A DNA stretch of 64,000 nt from Ptychomitrium polyphyllum (taxonomy: Eukaryota). This document shows, in pieces, positions 38,546 through 53,523 of the stretch. Numbering within the stretch: the first letter of the stretch is position 1; each line of letters starts with the position of its first letter. Under the pieces are notes generated by a model, which was not told the DNA's origin, did not search any database, and saw nothing but the letters and a program-made list of their open reading frames with translations. The DNA is taken from assembly GCA_973851085.1 (NCBI GenBank), contig OZ316776.1, positions 14,446,001 through 14,510,000 on the forward strand. Direction: 5' to 3'. The position numbers were made by a program, and so were the translations under genes.

Positions 38546-39764
38546 TATAAATTACTTCTAAATAATGTAAAAATAGACATGTATGATTATATCCAATACA
38601 TTTTCTTCAATAATAAGACAATTAGGAAAAATTACATCTAAATAATGTATATATCATAATAGCATTTCAAAGTAATTTAAAATAATGGATAAAATGACAT
38701 ATCAAATTGTGTACATTTATTTGACGTGATAAATTATTGTAAAAGAACAATTTGTTGTGTACAACAATTTATGATTTATGGAAACATTTTAAAACATCAA
38801 TTTAAAATTTTAGTTTTATTATGTGAACAAAAATTAGAATAATTATACTTTGAAAATTTAATAAGCTATCCATATACAATATTATGATGCTTATAAAAAA
38901 TCCTATCTTTTAATTTATAATTAAGATATATCAATATTGTTAAAAAGAACAACTTTTTTTTCAACATATAATATTATACCATATTATCATATTATAGCAA
39001 GTACAAATCACTTGGATGAAAATCAAATATCACTCAAAGTCTAGTATAAACATATAAATATATACATAATTTAAACATAAATAAACAAGTTGAATTATCC
39101 TTATGTCTTTCTTTTGTATGACTACAAAGATCCATTGATACATATTCTAACTTAATCAAAACGGAAGCACAAGTTTTGTCCATGTTGCCACCTACTCCCA
39201 TTGAAGTAGAATCGTTTTCTTTAATAAATTCAATGGTACAAAGGAATATCACAAATGAAAATGAACCCCTTTCAAGTGCAATAAGAGGATTCTATGTTTC
39301 TTTCAGCCCCTACAAAGCAAGTCATTTACAAATGAAGGTCAGAAAAGAAGGCTCAATAAACCCTCTGTGTAGAGAAAGAGGAGTACATTGATGATGAAGG
39401 CATGGAACAGGGTCTCTATAGATTGCCTTGTTGCTCCGTGTTATCTTACTTGCAAACAGGATGGTATACTTATTCATTTAAAGTGCTTATGTGCTTAGTG
39501 CTACTGGTGATGTATGTTTCTGAAGGGTTCCATTTTCTCAGGATTTTCACCTTTCTGGTGACTTCATGTGGTATCAGATACTCCTGTGACTGTCAGTATT
39601 ACGACTCCACTTTTGTGGGTGATACTTTTTGGTGAACTGATTTATGTCTCTCTTTTTCTCCCGTCAAAAGAGCTTTGCTGAGTCTAGGCAGTTTTATTAT
39701 AATCTTTGATTTTTTTTGACACAAGCAGAATATTTTATTTCCACTGTGCAAGAAGGTACAACAG

Positions 39765-40079
39765 TCAAGCAAGGTTACCTCGCTGAGAACAGGAAACTTT
39801 GCCACTGCAAAACAGGATAAGATTACTGGTCGTGATCCAATGTCGCAAGCCGGCGCGGGCTACTATTTTGTGGCAGCAATGGGGATCACGAGAGATTTCC
39901 AGGTAGCCACTAAAGTTCTTGCAGTATCTCAAGGGACCAGACTTACCATAATTGGTTACACAGCATTGGTGCATATTGATTTAGTGGATTCAATGGTGGT
40001 GCGTAATTGCAGCTGTGCAAGACAGGATGAGTTGATAAACCCTAGATTGACAGCAGATGACCAGGGGAAGGATGGTTAG
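39765..40079 (+). pseudogene. Candidate 3' exons of an unidentified gene or gene fragment
   Basis: Two phase-0 exons bounded by AG/GT (39765-39902 and 40026-40079) give SSKVTSLRTGNFATAKQDKITGRDPMSQAGAGYYFVAAMGITRDFQ|DELINPRLTADDQGKDG*. No convincing 5' exons were found. Confidence 0.3.
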
Positions 40080-40899
40080 ATTTATTCTGGTTATGATGCA
40101 AAGCATATTGTCGCAATATGAAAACATGAAAACATGCAAACTGCATTCAGCAAACACGTAAACATTGTTACAATAACTGATTCATATCATTATCTGGAAC
40201 TTCGTAAGGAGGCTTGGATTCAGAACAGGTTGATTTCTATGCACCAAGTATATTGGCATGAGATAGAAAGCACAATTCATCAAAGTCAAAAGAGTGAAGC
40301 TTCTTATGCTATCATCAAACAAGAAGCCATTCCACGCAAAGAATACGAACCAAGCAAACAAGCCAATTCAACATATGCTCATCCTGAAGAAACCTTAATT
40401 TATTTGAAATCCTGAAAAATTAGGCTCAGATTGACAACCTGGGAAGGGCCCGACCCGATACATTTGGGTAAAACCTTCGTTTTGCATTCCAAGGATTTCA
40501 AAAATGTCATTCTCTCAAAAGGATTGCGCTTTACTGACGCTCTCCATTGAAGTTGCTAGAACCATCTTTCAGGAAGACGAGACCTCACCAGTAGGCCTGT
40601 TGAAACATCACAAAGTCTTAATAAAACCCTGAAGCAGAAATGTGATAAAGATTTGACAATCAAAAAATTTAAGATAAGGCACGGCTTTTACGGCCTTATT
40701 GTGTTAACAACGACACCCCAACAGTCAAACTCTGCGGTGCAGGTATCTCAGGCATCATCAGTATCTCAAGTCGAATGCAGTAAAAAAGGAGCTCAAAACA
40801 GAGATTAGAGTACCTTCATACGGACTGAACCAACTCTGGAATATGGCATCCAGAAGAGACTACGATATAATGGAAGGCGTTTTACGCAGCCAATGCTCC

Positions 40900-42654
40900 T
40901 TACAGCACAATAAACTCCATCTTGCGTGTAGTGACTTCCGCTCGGACGGATTTCCACACATCAGATGCTCTTCGAACAGATTCAGTCAACCCCTGGAAAA
41001 AGAGCTGTGCCCAATCCTCAGACAAGCCCAACGGGCTGAGATCACTCGGTATGGTGAAACTGCACAGCCCACTCAACAGTTGGTGCATGCTCCGGGACCG
41101 ATATCATTTGATACAGCACCAAAAAAGCGACTGAGAGGGTAAAAGTACATGAGGAAAAAAACAGACCTCAAGAGCTCGTCCTCATCACATATTGACTCAG
41201 CATCTTTTTGAAAATTGGAGGCATTCAAGAGCGTGCTGTATCGCCCAAAAACATGCGAAAAGGATATCAGTTTATCAGTCGGATCATTTAGCCTACTGGT
41301 ATGCTTGAGAAGAGAAACTTGTGACAGTTTAGATGTTTAGGCTAGAGGCTTGTGAGAGTAGGTGATGAAAACTATACAAACCTGCCTATAAGAACCTGGT
41401 GGAGCTGTACTGGACCGCTACCCACACACCGCCCTGCCCAAGAGGCATTCTCTTCCAGAAAGAAGTACACTACTGGGTAGCCAAGCAACCACCTGTAGCA
41501 CAAAACAAATGAAAATGATAATGCAAATCCAGAAACATGAGACGATGACAAGCAGTACAAGAAAGCAGCAGGAACTTCAGATTAAAATTGATATTTGGAC
41601 AAGGTGATGATGGAAAAGATTCTTCAAAGATAACACGCACCCGTTAAGCGTTGGCAACAGAATCCCAGAACCACTTGTCGGGTCCCCTGCAGTTACTACA
41701 CTCGGGACAGCACCTTCAGGAACCTCTAAAAGGCTCTCCCCTTTGGATTCTTGAGTACCAGTAAGAGAACATGATTGCACACTTTGAACCAAGAGAAGAG
41801 AAGAGATTCGTTGCTGAATTTCAGATAAGCCCTTCACAACTGCCTCCTGCTCCGTTTGAGATGCTTTCTGTGAAAGATCAAAAATTCAATTAAACCCCTA
41901 ATTTTCAAACCAAACGCTTAGATACTGATGCTCGAATGAAGCCAAATGAATCAAATGCTAACGACTTACCCGAGGAATGTCATCGTCGAGGACAATAAAC
42001 AAAAGCGGAGACGGGAAACTCAAGCTTCGGTTCATGTATTCTAGTAAATAAGAAGGGTGAATTAAGTATCCACAGCCTTCCATTTGAAGCACCCGCAAGG
42101 CCGCTACTTCATGTATTTCCTGCACGATTTTGTCCGAATTTCCATGATTAGATTGGGAATCCTACAAGATTGGGATATCTAAGTCACAAACTTTATAGAT
42201 GCATGCCTCAACCCTAGTAATTCATTTCAGGTTACGGCTTCCTCTCAGATAACAGGTTCGAGATGTGAATTCCAATCAAAAGCTCATAAACAGACCGAGA
42301 GATGCCAAACCTGGGAAATATGGAGTAGAAGCTGGCTCAATTGCTGTAACATTGCTGGCTTACATAATACATAGTCGAGCATCACAGCAGCACGTACCCC
42401 CGTACCCAACGCCATGATGTCTACGACAAAATGCCAACTTCATCGTCAAGAACTGGCTGACAATGGGAACAAACTTTTGGAAAGAATCCTCCAGCATACC
42501 ACTTAAACCCCATAGACCTCAGAAAATTCGCCGCAGAGAGTTCACGGGGTTTCCAAACATGCGTACCTAGGGCGAGGCGACGGCGAGCTGATGCCCGAAG
42601 CCGAATCTTCAGTTGGGGAAGCAGCTGCTGCAATTTGTGCCATAGCATCTTCAT
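40900..42654 (-). CDS. DUF4504 / UPF0739 (C1orf74-like) protein, 304 aa, 7 exons
   Basis: In-frame GT-AG exons 42654-42567, 42420-42311, 42119-41970, 41867-41641, 41492-41382, 41235-41167 and 41059-40900. Motifs: KIRLRASARRRLALDIMALGTGVRAAVMLDY, LPTLNGWLLGYPVVY, LLSFTIPSDLS...W...IVL*. Confidence 0.85.
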
Positions 42655-43772
42655 TTCTATCCACGCAAATCCTTTCAGCCACAGTGGTAATCTAGTCCCA
42701 CTTACAGTCTGCCTTGCACCGTTTAAATTCAAACAGAGAAACTCCCCTCAAATGGACAACCAAAGGCCTCAGATTCGAATCCAGTAAACCCTCAAATGCT
42801 GTGGAAGGATCAGAGTGCAGGAGCTAAAGTTTCTACAATCTACCCTGTAGGTTTTGCTTTCATGACTGCACCACACATTGTCAAAAAACATCAGTCAACG
42901 GCGCACCACTACTCGCCATTAAACAGATGAGACTGGAACCCACGTTAGAAGGTTCTTCGAGTGGAAATGCAGACACTTTCCTCAAATGGAATGAACTCCG
43001 AGTGCCGAGCTCTAACAGTTCAGAGGAAATTAGGAATGTTATTTGAACTCCGTGTAATATGAAACTTACAACGATGATGCACCTTGTGTATGGAATTGCT
43101 TCGAAGACTGAAGTATTGTTCATGCTTAGCCTGGAGTAGGTTTTGAGTAAGGGAAATTAGTTTCCACGATCCCTCACATGCCTAGCATATAAATTTTAGG
43201 AAATGTTGGCTAACCACTGTTTCACCAGACATAATTTTACCAAGACCAAGTACATACAATCTCGTAGAGCCTCTCCACGGAGCTATAATTTGAGATTCAA
43301 AGCATGCATGAGTCACCAACAATGTTTGTTGAGAAAGATGATGAGTACAGTAGATAACCACCTCGCCGAGGCTGAGGTGGTTAATAGCTCTAGAATATAT
43401 AATAGGCAGATTTGGTGGCATTATTTGACAAACGCTACAAAACAAGTTTGAGAATCAGAGGATATTACCACATCACGAAATTACTAGACGGGATGGAGCA
43501 ACCTACTGTCCCAAACTATGTCCAAGCCGGAACATGTTTAGAGAATTAAAAAAATCAGATGCAAGCCCCGTATATCAAATAGATAAATAGACATTATACA
43601 AAAGCTGATGCAAGCGGTGTGCAGCGGCAGCACACTCACAAGCTTGGAGCCCACCACAGGCTCCAACTTCTTATGGATGAATGTAAAGCACCATGTAACA
43701 ATTTCTCTGCAAAGAAACAGGTACCTAAACGCCTACAACTCTTCTAGAACTCAGCACAAGTTCCTTGAAGAA

Positions 43773-46700
43773 TTAAGTGGAGGACAACTTCATTTTAGTC
43801 TTCAGAAACTTGGATGCAACTGGATCGATTCTATGACATAAAACACGTAGTAGCGTATCTGCGTCAGACGCAAATCGTGTCGATCCTGTTCTTGTTGGGT
43901 TAGCCCCTGCTGCCATTTGCTCACTTGATCGTTTGAAATTTTCAATGACCTGGTTGGTCTGTAAGAGGACAATCACCATTTTTTTTGTCATTACTAATTT
44001 AATGAACATCCCTAGCTGTCAGAAAAAATTGGTAACAGCATACGCTGGACAACATATAGTTGAGAAACTCACATCAAGACTGTACAAATTCAGTATCTGT
44101 TGAATAGGAGATGCTGCATTTTCCACCACACCCTTTGGTAGCCCGTCTCCTTCAGCTATGAAGAAGTCCTGTCCAGACAAAGATAGAGAGAAAAGTTGTG
44201 AGAAAATGACCAAAACGATACTGAATTACCATTCATTAAAACAAGAAGCTCAATGAGAGATAGGTCGAAGTTCATACAACACATACTTTAAGCACGTTCA
44301 CGTCCTCCTCCAACATTGTTGAGTCGTTCGCAGAAAAGCCTCTAGTTGGCCCTCCATCAAGAAGTACACGAAGCAAACCATCCTGACATTGCCAAAAAAT
44401 AATTCTTTAAGTTCACTAGCTACAAAAAATCTCTTAAACAGAGATAGGACTTCCGATTATTAACACACTGTTGATACTTGAAAAGGTCTACAATAACTCG
44501 CATCAGACGGATCATCGTAGATAAAAACATATTCAAAATCCTGCAAACAAGATGGTCTAATGTACTTCGTCTATAAGATGTAAAATTTCTCGGCTACGAA
44601 AACAATACATAAACAAAGTAGATTTAAAGCGACTTGGTAAATCGTACCAAAGCAGCTTGCAAAAGTCCAAGTACAACACGATCTCGAAAAGGCTCCACAA
44701 TCACTTCACAAAGCTCCCCAAGCACCTGTACATGATGCGTATCTTACGTTATAAGGATAAAGAAGTTGGAGCAAATGCAACATCCTAATGATGTTGAACA
44801 CATCTACCAAAAGGTACAGCGAACATCATGATGCAAACCCGGAACTACCTTGCACCATAAAAATTTCAGAAGGGCACTTACAGGGTCAAGACCATCTACC
44901 ACCAATTGCATACGTGCTTGTGAAACAGACACTCTATACAAACCATCAATAAAGGTCTCCCTCATGTCCCAAAATATCAATTTGGTGCCTGGAAGATACA
45001 GATTAGCAAGACCACATAAGTGTTGCTGGAGATGACAGACGATCGACCAGATATTCTGAGTCATACATACCTCGATATAACCAAGATTGAAATATATAAT
45101 TATAATATTATTATTATAATGATAATTATAATTATAATTATAATGACCTAAAAGTCTAAAATCCAGGATTCAGGTCATCCAAGCGCAAGAAATGACATTA
45201 CGGTATAGGTGTCTTTTATAAAAAAGAACAATTCAAGCATCAAAATTAGTACCTGTGAAATCACAAATCTTATCAATTGCAACATTAACAGCCTTCCTTG
45301 ATCCTTCAAATGCCATGGCAAACTCATCCATTGGTCTGGACCCAGACTCCCGCATTCTCCTCATATCCGGGTCTCCAGATCCACGCTCTGAACATTCAAA
45401 CTTGATGTTCGTCACTACCAGAAGGAAAACTTAGGAAAAACATCTGTCTCGAACCTTCTATTCTACTATCATTCAAGTTTATCTGATAAGGGTAGCCATT
45501 CTACTTCACATGAACACAATAAGACAAACAATTTGTTTCGCGGACTGCTTGCAAATCTTCGACGGTCTTGACTATTCTAGACAATAATTGACTGAATTCT
45601 TGATACTGTTGGTATATGGGCCTTTCAACTGACCGCTTCAATTTAACTGCCACGCAGAGCAGTCCAAATCTACTTGGCTGACTATCAGTAATGTCACAGA
45701 AATCTGTGTCAACGAACAGGTTTTCCAATACAAATGCATAGCTGGACTGAGGTGGAATATAGAGCTTCAACAAAAATCTTTAACAAAAATGACGTACTTG
45801 AATGTGAGCCATTAGCACGAGAAAAGTCATCTTGTGGTCTTTTGACAGCCCAACGGTCCCGTATGTTTTCTTCAAGTATGGCGGCGTGGGATAAGATGTA
45901 CTGCACCATCAAGGCCACCACGTAAGCTCTAATAGCTTCAGATATCCCCTTACAAGTCATGTTACATTCTATGTTAAAGGCAACTAAAGTGCAACTACGG
46001 AAGCCAAGCAGCTATACAACGTATAGATATGTGAGAGTTATCAAATACAGTTGAGTTCCTCGAATAATTAAAATGGTATAACACGTTGCAAACACTAACG
46101 AGAATTGAAGATATTAGCATTCCCTAAAGTTCAGAGCAAATGCTAAGTTGCTATTTTAGTCTGCTTTGAGTAAAAGATTAACTCAGATAATTTCAAGTCA
46201 GAGGGTTAACAATCGGAGGACGACCAAAACAACTTACATGAAGTGTGTTGATACGAACACAAAGAGAAGTAGTAGACAGCAAGTTGATCTCGCTGGAGCG
46301 TCTCTCATCTGGTAGACGGGGATCTGCAACTTTTTTCTTGTTGCTTACCGACTTCAGAGCAACCTCTTTTTTGTAGCGAGTCAAGCTTGGAGCTGGTGGA
46401 ACAAGATCTCTCTTATCACCTAAACAAGCACACATGCAATTGCTCAAATACGTGATGCTTCAATGAGCAAGTCCGTGATAAGCGCTGGACACTACGATTT
46501 ATGAAATCCATGACTTGAAAAAGGATTACATTGTGAAACTCCAAAACTAGCCATATGTACAATCAATTCAGTACAGAAAAAACAGACGAGCCTGGTCAGA
46601 TTCCAGGAGACTCTGATGAAAGATTCCAAATGAAATGTGGGTCTGTGCTTTGTTTCATAAACCAGGTCTGCAAGATAAAGTCAACCAGATGATACGATGT

Positions 46701-49700
46701 AGACAGGAAAGAAAATCTTACCTAATTGAGCAACCACTCTGTTAGTGTACTGCTGCAGTGCGTTATCAAACCCATTGGTAAGGCCTTTCAACTGAAGTAG
46801 TCTCATTGGAAGATTCAATTTGAAGAACTGATCTACTGTCTATTCAAGCACAAAAGTCCAGCCAACAGTTAGCACAATCAATGATAAAAAATTGATCGTT
46901 CGTCTACACGAAAAAATGTGGAGAGTAAAAGCAATAATTAATAAAAAAATGATTTCCAAAAATGTAGAGCTGCACTCTGCTATAGTAATTTAAACTTTAA
47001 CATTGTAGTAGGATTTTTTCCTTAGACGATATATGCGATACCGAGTTGTAATCTAGGATTATTCAACACGATAATACAGTGTAAATAAGAAACTACACAC
47101 CTCCTCCACTATTCTAAAGACCTCCACAATTGATCCCCCATGTCGTTGCTGAGCGGACAAAGGTTGCCATTTCTGCAGCCCACTTAAATTAGTGAATCCA
47201 AAACTTTTACTTGGAAAAGTGGACCAAGGACAGAGACAAAATGCACCTGAAAGAATAAGAAATATCAGGCTAATACAAACTAGTATATAAGAAATGAAAA
47301 TGTCCAACTAAACCTCACTCAGGTTTCTATGAAACGTTTGAAGATATAATTAAAAACAGCTGAAACCCTGGACAACCAAGTCCACACTCGAGCACAAATT
47401 GCAGTAAAGCCTTACTACGGATGAGTAAACAGGTCAGTCACATACTTCCTGCTGTACTGATCGATCAACCCACTCCGTCAACTGTGCAAGTTGAGTGTTA
47501 ACCCATCGCATTAATATTGTTCCTGAAACAACTTCTACCTGCAAAAGTACGTGTTTGAAAGTCAAATAACTATGCATAGAAAGTTACTATGTAGATTAGA
47601 TCATACCTTGCAACACTCCACGCACTTCTCACCTGATAAGGTGTCATCTGCTGTTCAAAAATACGTCTGGCATCCTCGTCGTCAGTAACTGATGCAATAA
47701 GCTCCATTAAAAATTGTTCAAGGCTGTCTGCTGCTGGCAATACAGACGAAACATCGTCTGTGAGTTGAGAGACCTCATCCAGGAAGGGTTTCTGCGGCAC
47801 AACCAGAAGCAGCATTCACATAGGTTAGCTACAACATATAGATTAGATGCACATGCACCATCCAGGACATCCTCCAAGTTCTAGAATAGACTAAGCAGAA
47901 CATTACCAGTTCCTTTTGATAAAGTGTATGCAATAAGCATGCACTAATGGCAACGGCCTGAGGGTGCCACTTTGAGAGAACAGGTGAGAACACGCTGGCA
48001 TCCTTCTTGGCCAGCTTTTGGACATCTTCTGCAAGCTGCGCTAGAGGATGTTTATCGTAGTCATCTTGCTTTGATTCCAGTTCCTCCACAATCTGTAAAC
48101 ATAATAAGATCGGTATGTTGAACATTGAGTTTTAAATTGTTGTGCACTTGAAATAGAATAGAAGAAATCAACCAACAAATTGCGTAATCACCAAAACGAC
48201 AAAGTGATACCCTATCATAAGCCAACTTTACAGATGACCAGATGTAATCTTCGGCCTGCTTGGCAACAGCTGCCATTTCAGCAGCAGATGTCATTCTTGC
48301 TACCTGGGTACAGGATCATACCATTAGATATCTCAAATCGTGTCACAAAGTACGCTTAGGATCTGATATAAAAGAACTTCAAATCATTCCAATTCGTAAC
48401 ATCAGACAATAACAACCAAATATTTCGTGATTATAAACTTAATATCACGTCAATGCTGAATTATCGGTTCTTCAGTCAGAGTACTTCTAAACATTTTTTA
48501 AAAGAAGAAATTAAAAATCGCCTAAACTTTCCACCTGTCCAGATGGTTCATTATCTAGCAATACCAAAGTCATTAGATAAACTGCTTAGAAATGAAGGGG
48601 GAAATACAGGGAAACCAAAAACATGCACGTGCTCATCGACATTGTACATACCCCTGCTTGTTCGTTCTCATCTGCAATGAGCCGGCCAGTAATCATTGCT
48701 ACTGTCACAAGAACTTCCATTTTGCTAGGAGCCTGTACACAACGGAATCACATAAGACAACTGGTAACAAAGACTACAGTTGAACTAGAAACCCGCAGCT
48801 CGTTAAATAAAGTAACTATGAAAATAATCTTCATAAACGTCCCGCATTACTAAAAAGGCCGAGACTGTAACAAAGGTTGAAGTAGAAACTCAGTTTGAAG
48901 AGCTCCACCAAGGCGCAGCACGCTTCAGTAGTCCTAAACCTCATCCATATTACTCTAGCTAAACGTAATTCAGGATTATTATCTGTTGTTCTTACGTCTG
49001 CAAAATGTAGATGGTAGTCCTGAAGTTGTTTGTCAGCCCATTGTTTAATGGGCATGAGTACTGACTGAACGTACGAAAGTTCCTGAGGTCCATCAGGTCC
49101 TTCCACAACAGCTCTCAGTCCCTTTACATAGAACCTCTCTTGAGTACTGCGCTGGCTATCAGATGCAATTCTTTTCATTTGCTGTGCTGCAAGTTGCAGC
49201 AAAGCTGGCTCACCTGTCAAGACATGCTGTAGCCATGAAAAAGGATCAGCAACAAATTACAAAGAAACAGATGATCCAAATAACGCAAAGAGCTTTTCAT
49301 TCTTATCTGTCTAAAGGAAAAGACTGCAAAGCAATCATAATTCTAAAAGTTCACCATCTATAACCAAAGTAGCTAGTTAATATGTATTTGTTTAGCCATT
49401 TTACCTGACGGAAAAGAACCCATGTATAACAAGTATCATGAATTGTTTGTGTGATTCCTAAAACTCGCCATGTAGATTTCAGCATCTCTAGAATCTCTTC
49501 ACCTTCCTGTCATGGTTTGTCCAGCGAAAAAGAAATGAAATAACGCTTGAGTTGCACTATCGACGGAGGAACAAAAGTAATGATCAAGCACAAGGTCCCA
49601 ACTCTAGGACTGGTTTACAACATACAATATGACTATAAAATCAGTAAGAGAAGCTTTTAAAGACCTTGAACCTTGAAAGGAAGTCAATTACACCATAGAA

Positions 49701-52700
49701 AAGCTGGGGAAAAACACTAGAAAGTTACCAGCGAAACGACTTACCTCAACAAGTTGTCCTTCGTCTAAAACATCAAACACACTCATGAGAAGCTTCTCAT
49801 AGATGCGGACATTCAGATGGTAACCATCTGCCCAATGACAAACTTCTGCATTATGATCCCCTCTCCCAGCTCTTTCTGCCAACGCAATAGCAATCCCCTT
49901 TATGGCTCTAATGCTCTCAGTTTGTTGAGCAGGGCCAGCGGGTGACGGTAAAGTCTGCAGGTAACCACGCCAATTTTCACACACTTGCTAGCAAGATTAC
50001 TCTTCTAAGTTGGTGGAATGCAAAATTATTCAACGCCCATGAGGAAGCAACGCGGACATCAGTATAGTCACTGTAGAGAGTGGGATAAAAAGTATCAAAC
50101 ATCTAGGAATCTTCGAACCATTTGTTAGGGAGTGATATGGACCATGTCACAAGCCCTTACCTCTGCTTCTTCCAATTTAGCAATTAACCCTCTTAATTCC
50201 AATGCTGTACGATCGGATGGTTCAATCCCAACAAAAGGGTGATTCAGCAAGCCTTCCAACAGCAAACTCATCTGCAGACAGCCATGGTATTTTAAATTTC
50301 CTTCCCATCAAGGAACGCATTGCCAAGCACTGACTCGCTTCAAAGGTGCCAATATAATTAATTAACTCGTTCAACAAGTGGATATTCACATGAAGTAATT
50401 CTGTTTCTCAAACTTTCGTATTGTAAGCCAAATCCAATAGCAAGGAAATCAGTTGAATATTTCGAACGAAACTGCCCTCGTACAAAAGCAATGAGTTATG
50501 CTAACCTGCCGATTTGACCAACGAATGTACTGTATTTTGTCAGGAAAAGCAGAATGAGGTACAGCACTTAGAAGCTCCAGGGGAACGAGAAGTGTGTCCA
50601 TCCTTTTCCCAACCCTTCCAGCAGATGCGTGTAGAATTGCCTCTCTCGTGCGCCGATCAGACACTCCTGAAATCTGAATCACAATACACTCTTTATATTA
50701 GAATATTGGAAATAGTGACCACTAGATAGTCCAAATATTTCATTCAAGTAACGCTTTGCAAAAACCAAACAGTTGCTCCACATGTGGCAACATTGACATT
50801 TACCAGACAGTTCCAACAGTTGATGAAGCACACTATCATTTCAATATGCAGGAGAGCTATCATTTCAAGTGCAGGAGGTTATCTTAGGTACTAAAGTATT
50901 TAAAAAATGGACAGTAGCAAAAAGGTTGAAAATACCATTTGTGAACACCAAATGAAAATGTGAGTTTACTGACGTTGAGACCATGAACAAAATCAGTAAA
51001 AACATGCATATGACCATATGGGTCATAAAAATCCGGGAAATATCCTCATAAGCACCGAGCACACCCTTGCGGCACGTAAAAAGCTGCCCGTAAAAACACA
51101 AACTCCTTGTTCAGTACAACAACAACAACAACAACAACAACATTTGCATTGGTAACGAATCAGTAATGCTAACCTCCATTTGTGTGCGCATGGTTTCCAT
51201 TAGCCCTGCAAGTCCTGGTGCCCGTGTGGGAGCTGGTACATACTTGTCTGCCTTGTTTCTCGTAAACTTCCTTACCAGCTTTGACTTCTTCTCCTCTTTT
51301 TTCTCTTTAGGTGGAGAAATGAGACCTCTGCATAGCAAGCAGGCAAGTTAATGCGCTTATTGTTAACAAACATGTAGATTCAGATAGAATGTTCCAGTCT
51401 TCTAAAGATTTGCACAGCTGGAATGCAGTAGAAGAGGACAAAACCATACCCAGCAGCACCAACGGACACAAGCAAGACTTCATAGGCCGTTTCTCTCAAA
51501 TCGTCATCTGATAGCCCTGCAGTCACCATGAAAGACAACTTCAACGAAATGATAGCAGCAAAACACACGATTGATAAATGCACGATACAAAAGTAAACCG
51601 CCGCCACGTATTTAAAATAATGACCAGTAGGTAAACTTGAGCATATACTTCAAAGAGTTTACCATAATTCACTTCGTATGATGGAATTAGATGTTCTTGG
51701 CAATGCACAATACTCTGCAATAAGTTGTATCCAGCTCATCTCAAGTCACGGTCTCCTACAACTTGATTTTACTCGAGACATATATGTGCGGCTTTTAAAC
51801 AAACACATGATTTTACTGCTTTTACTACAAATATATACATGCGAAATTATAATAAAAAGTACAAGATCCGACGTTCAGGCCTCATGTAAGAGGTTGCGGA
51901 TTTCATCCGTAGAACTCGTCTCTCAAACCTCCCTCACTTTATTATTTATATCCAAAACTAAATTCTCGTGTGATTACATTAAACTTATGCATATGATTTG
52001 ACCAATGAGCACTTATATAGACTGTTATTTAAGAGGTAAACGATTCAAATGGAGCCTCAGAACCTCAGTCAAAACGGACTAAACCAAAGTTACCTGTTGC
52101 AAAAGGTGGCAAATCTAACACGAAGTTACTGATATCATTCAGTGCACGCTTGGACTTTTGAGGAAGGTCATCATCATCTTCATCCTCATCAAATTCGTCA
52201 TCCATCTCCACGCGTTTTGGTGGTGTGGATTGCAGGGAGAAGCTTTTCTTGTACGTCGCAGCTAGAGGTGTTGTAGAGTCAAAAGCACCCTTACGAGGGG
52301 GCGGTCGCGAGGGGATAGGACCAGATAAGTCGGGATTTGTGACCAAGTAGTAAATCTCTCCCAATTTAGTTTCTGACTGCAAATCCCAGAGAGAAGTATC
52401 AAAAAAATGCAAAAGACTTGCACAAAAGAACATATACAAAAACATAACTGAAAGCTGAGACTGGAGTCGTAAGTCAGTGATGATTTTGAGACATTAGCGG
52501 ATTTAGAGTGATACACATGCATGAAAGGCGTCCGCAATAGTGCCACGAGAGGATTTCGAAATCAAGCGCGAGAAGCGCCTTGCCTGAAACTCAGAGAGAA
52601 AAAAAAATGAACTAACCGAAGGTGGCAAGTTCAGATCATCGTGATACCGTTTAATTGCCTCAGAAAGGTCCAATGCAGAATCTGCATAATCAACATACTC

Positions 52701-53523
52701 CACGAGTTTAGATAAAAGTAAGTCATAGACCAACACATAGCTAATCAAAATGGGTTCTTCACAATAGTGATACTGCATTCAACATCAACCAGCTTTAGCA
52801 TATCAAAATGAGAGAAAAATTAGGGCTTATCGAGATGAAACAAATTCATCGCGAAAAAACCCTATTACTGCATTGTTATACATCCAATTCATATGATGTG
52901 CAGCAAACTCTCGAATGTCACGTACTTTTACGAGCACACTCAAGAATGTAATCCACGCTTATTTGATCTAGATCAATGTCATCGTATGACACAGCTCCAG
53001 GAGGCATAACAACTTTCTTGATCACACTTGCGGCCAATAGAAAGTTCAGAAGCTCCCGTCGGTCCCGACGATACCGTTGTAGTAAATCCAAGTCCGTACT
53101 CCTGAAATTAAAGACCATTTAACTTAGACCAAAACTCGGAAAACGTTCCCATTCTGATCAAGACAACCTCCCCGTCCAACGAATCAACAAATCACACTTC
53201 AATACATCAATCACGCCTACAAACCGAGTTCTTCAAGGATGACATTCAACAAATCTAACAAACACTACCGCCTCTGCATCCATACAACAAACCAAAACGT
53301 CCACAGCAAAATGTTGCCAACTAAAGCTTCCTCCTTGCTGAGTCTGCTCCGATTACTGTCTCCCTAACCCTACCGCCATCATTTCTACAACCGCATTCCC
53401 TTGCCAGTCAATCAACGCATTACATTGAACTATTAGATTAGCAAAAGCTGGCCAGCCTCCCACCATGCCAGCCTGAAAGTAGAAACAATAAGCGGAAAAG
53501 TACTAGTACACGCACCCGTCCAT
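43773..53523 (-). CDS. PATROL1: PATROL1-like Munc13-homology (DUF810) vesicle-trafficking protein, about 26 exons
   Basis: An 8-nt first coding exon (53523-53516) joins 53101-52926 to give MDGSTDLDLLQRYRRDRRELLNFLL..IKKVVMPPGA. Later exons carry GLSDDDLRETAYE, RMDTLLVPLELL, EVCHWADGYHLN, WQPLSAQQRHGGSIVEVFRIVEE, LVPPAPSLTRYKKE, KLIFWDMR and DADTLLRVLCHR. Stop at 43775-43773. Confidence 0.95.
45095..45143. repeat. Imperfect (ATA/ATT)n microsatellite in a PATROL1 intron
   Basis: ataattataatattattattataatgataattataattataattataat. Confidence 0.7.
51117..51142. repeat. (CAA)8 microsatellite in a PATROL1 intron
   Basis: Perfect caa run. Confidence 0.9.
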
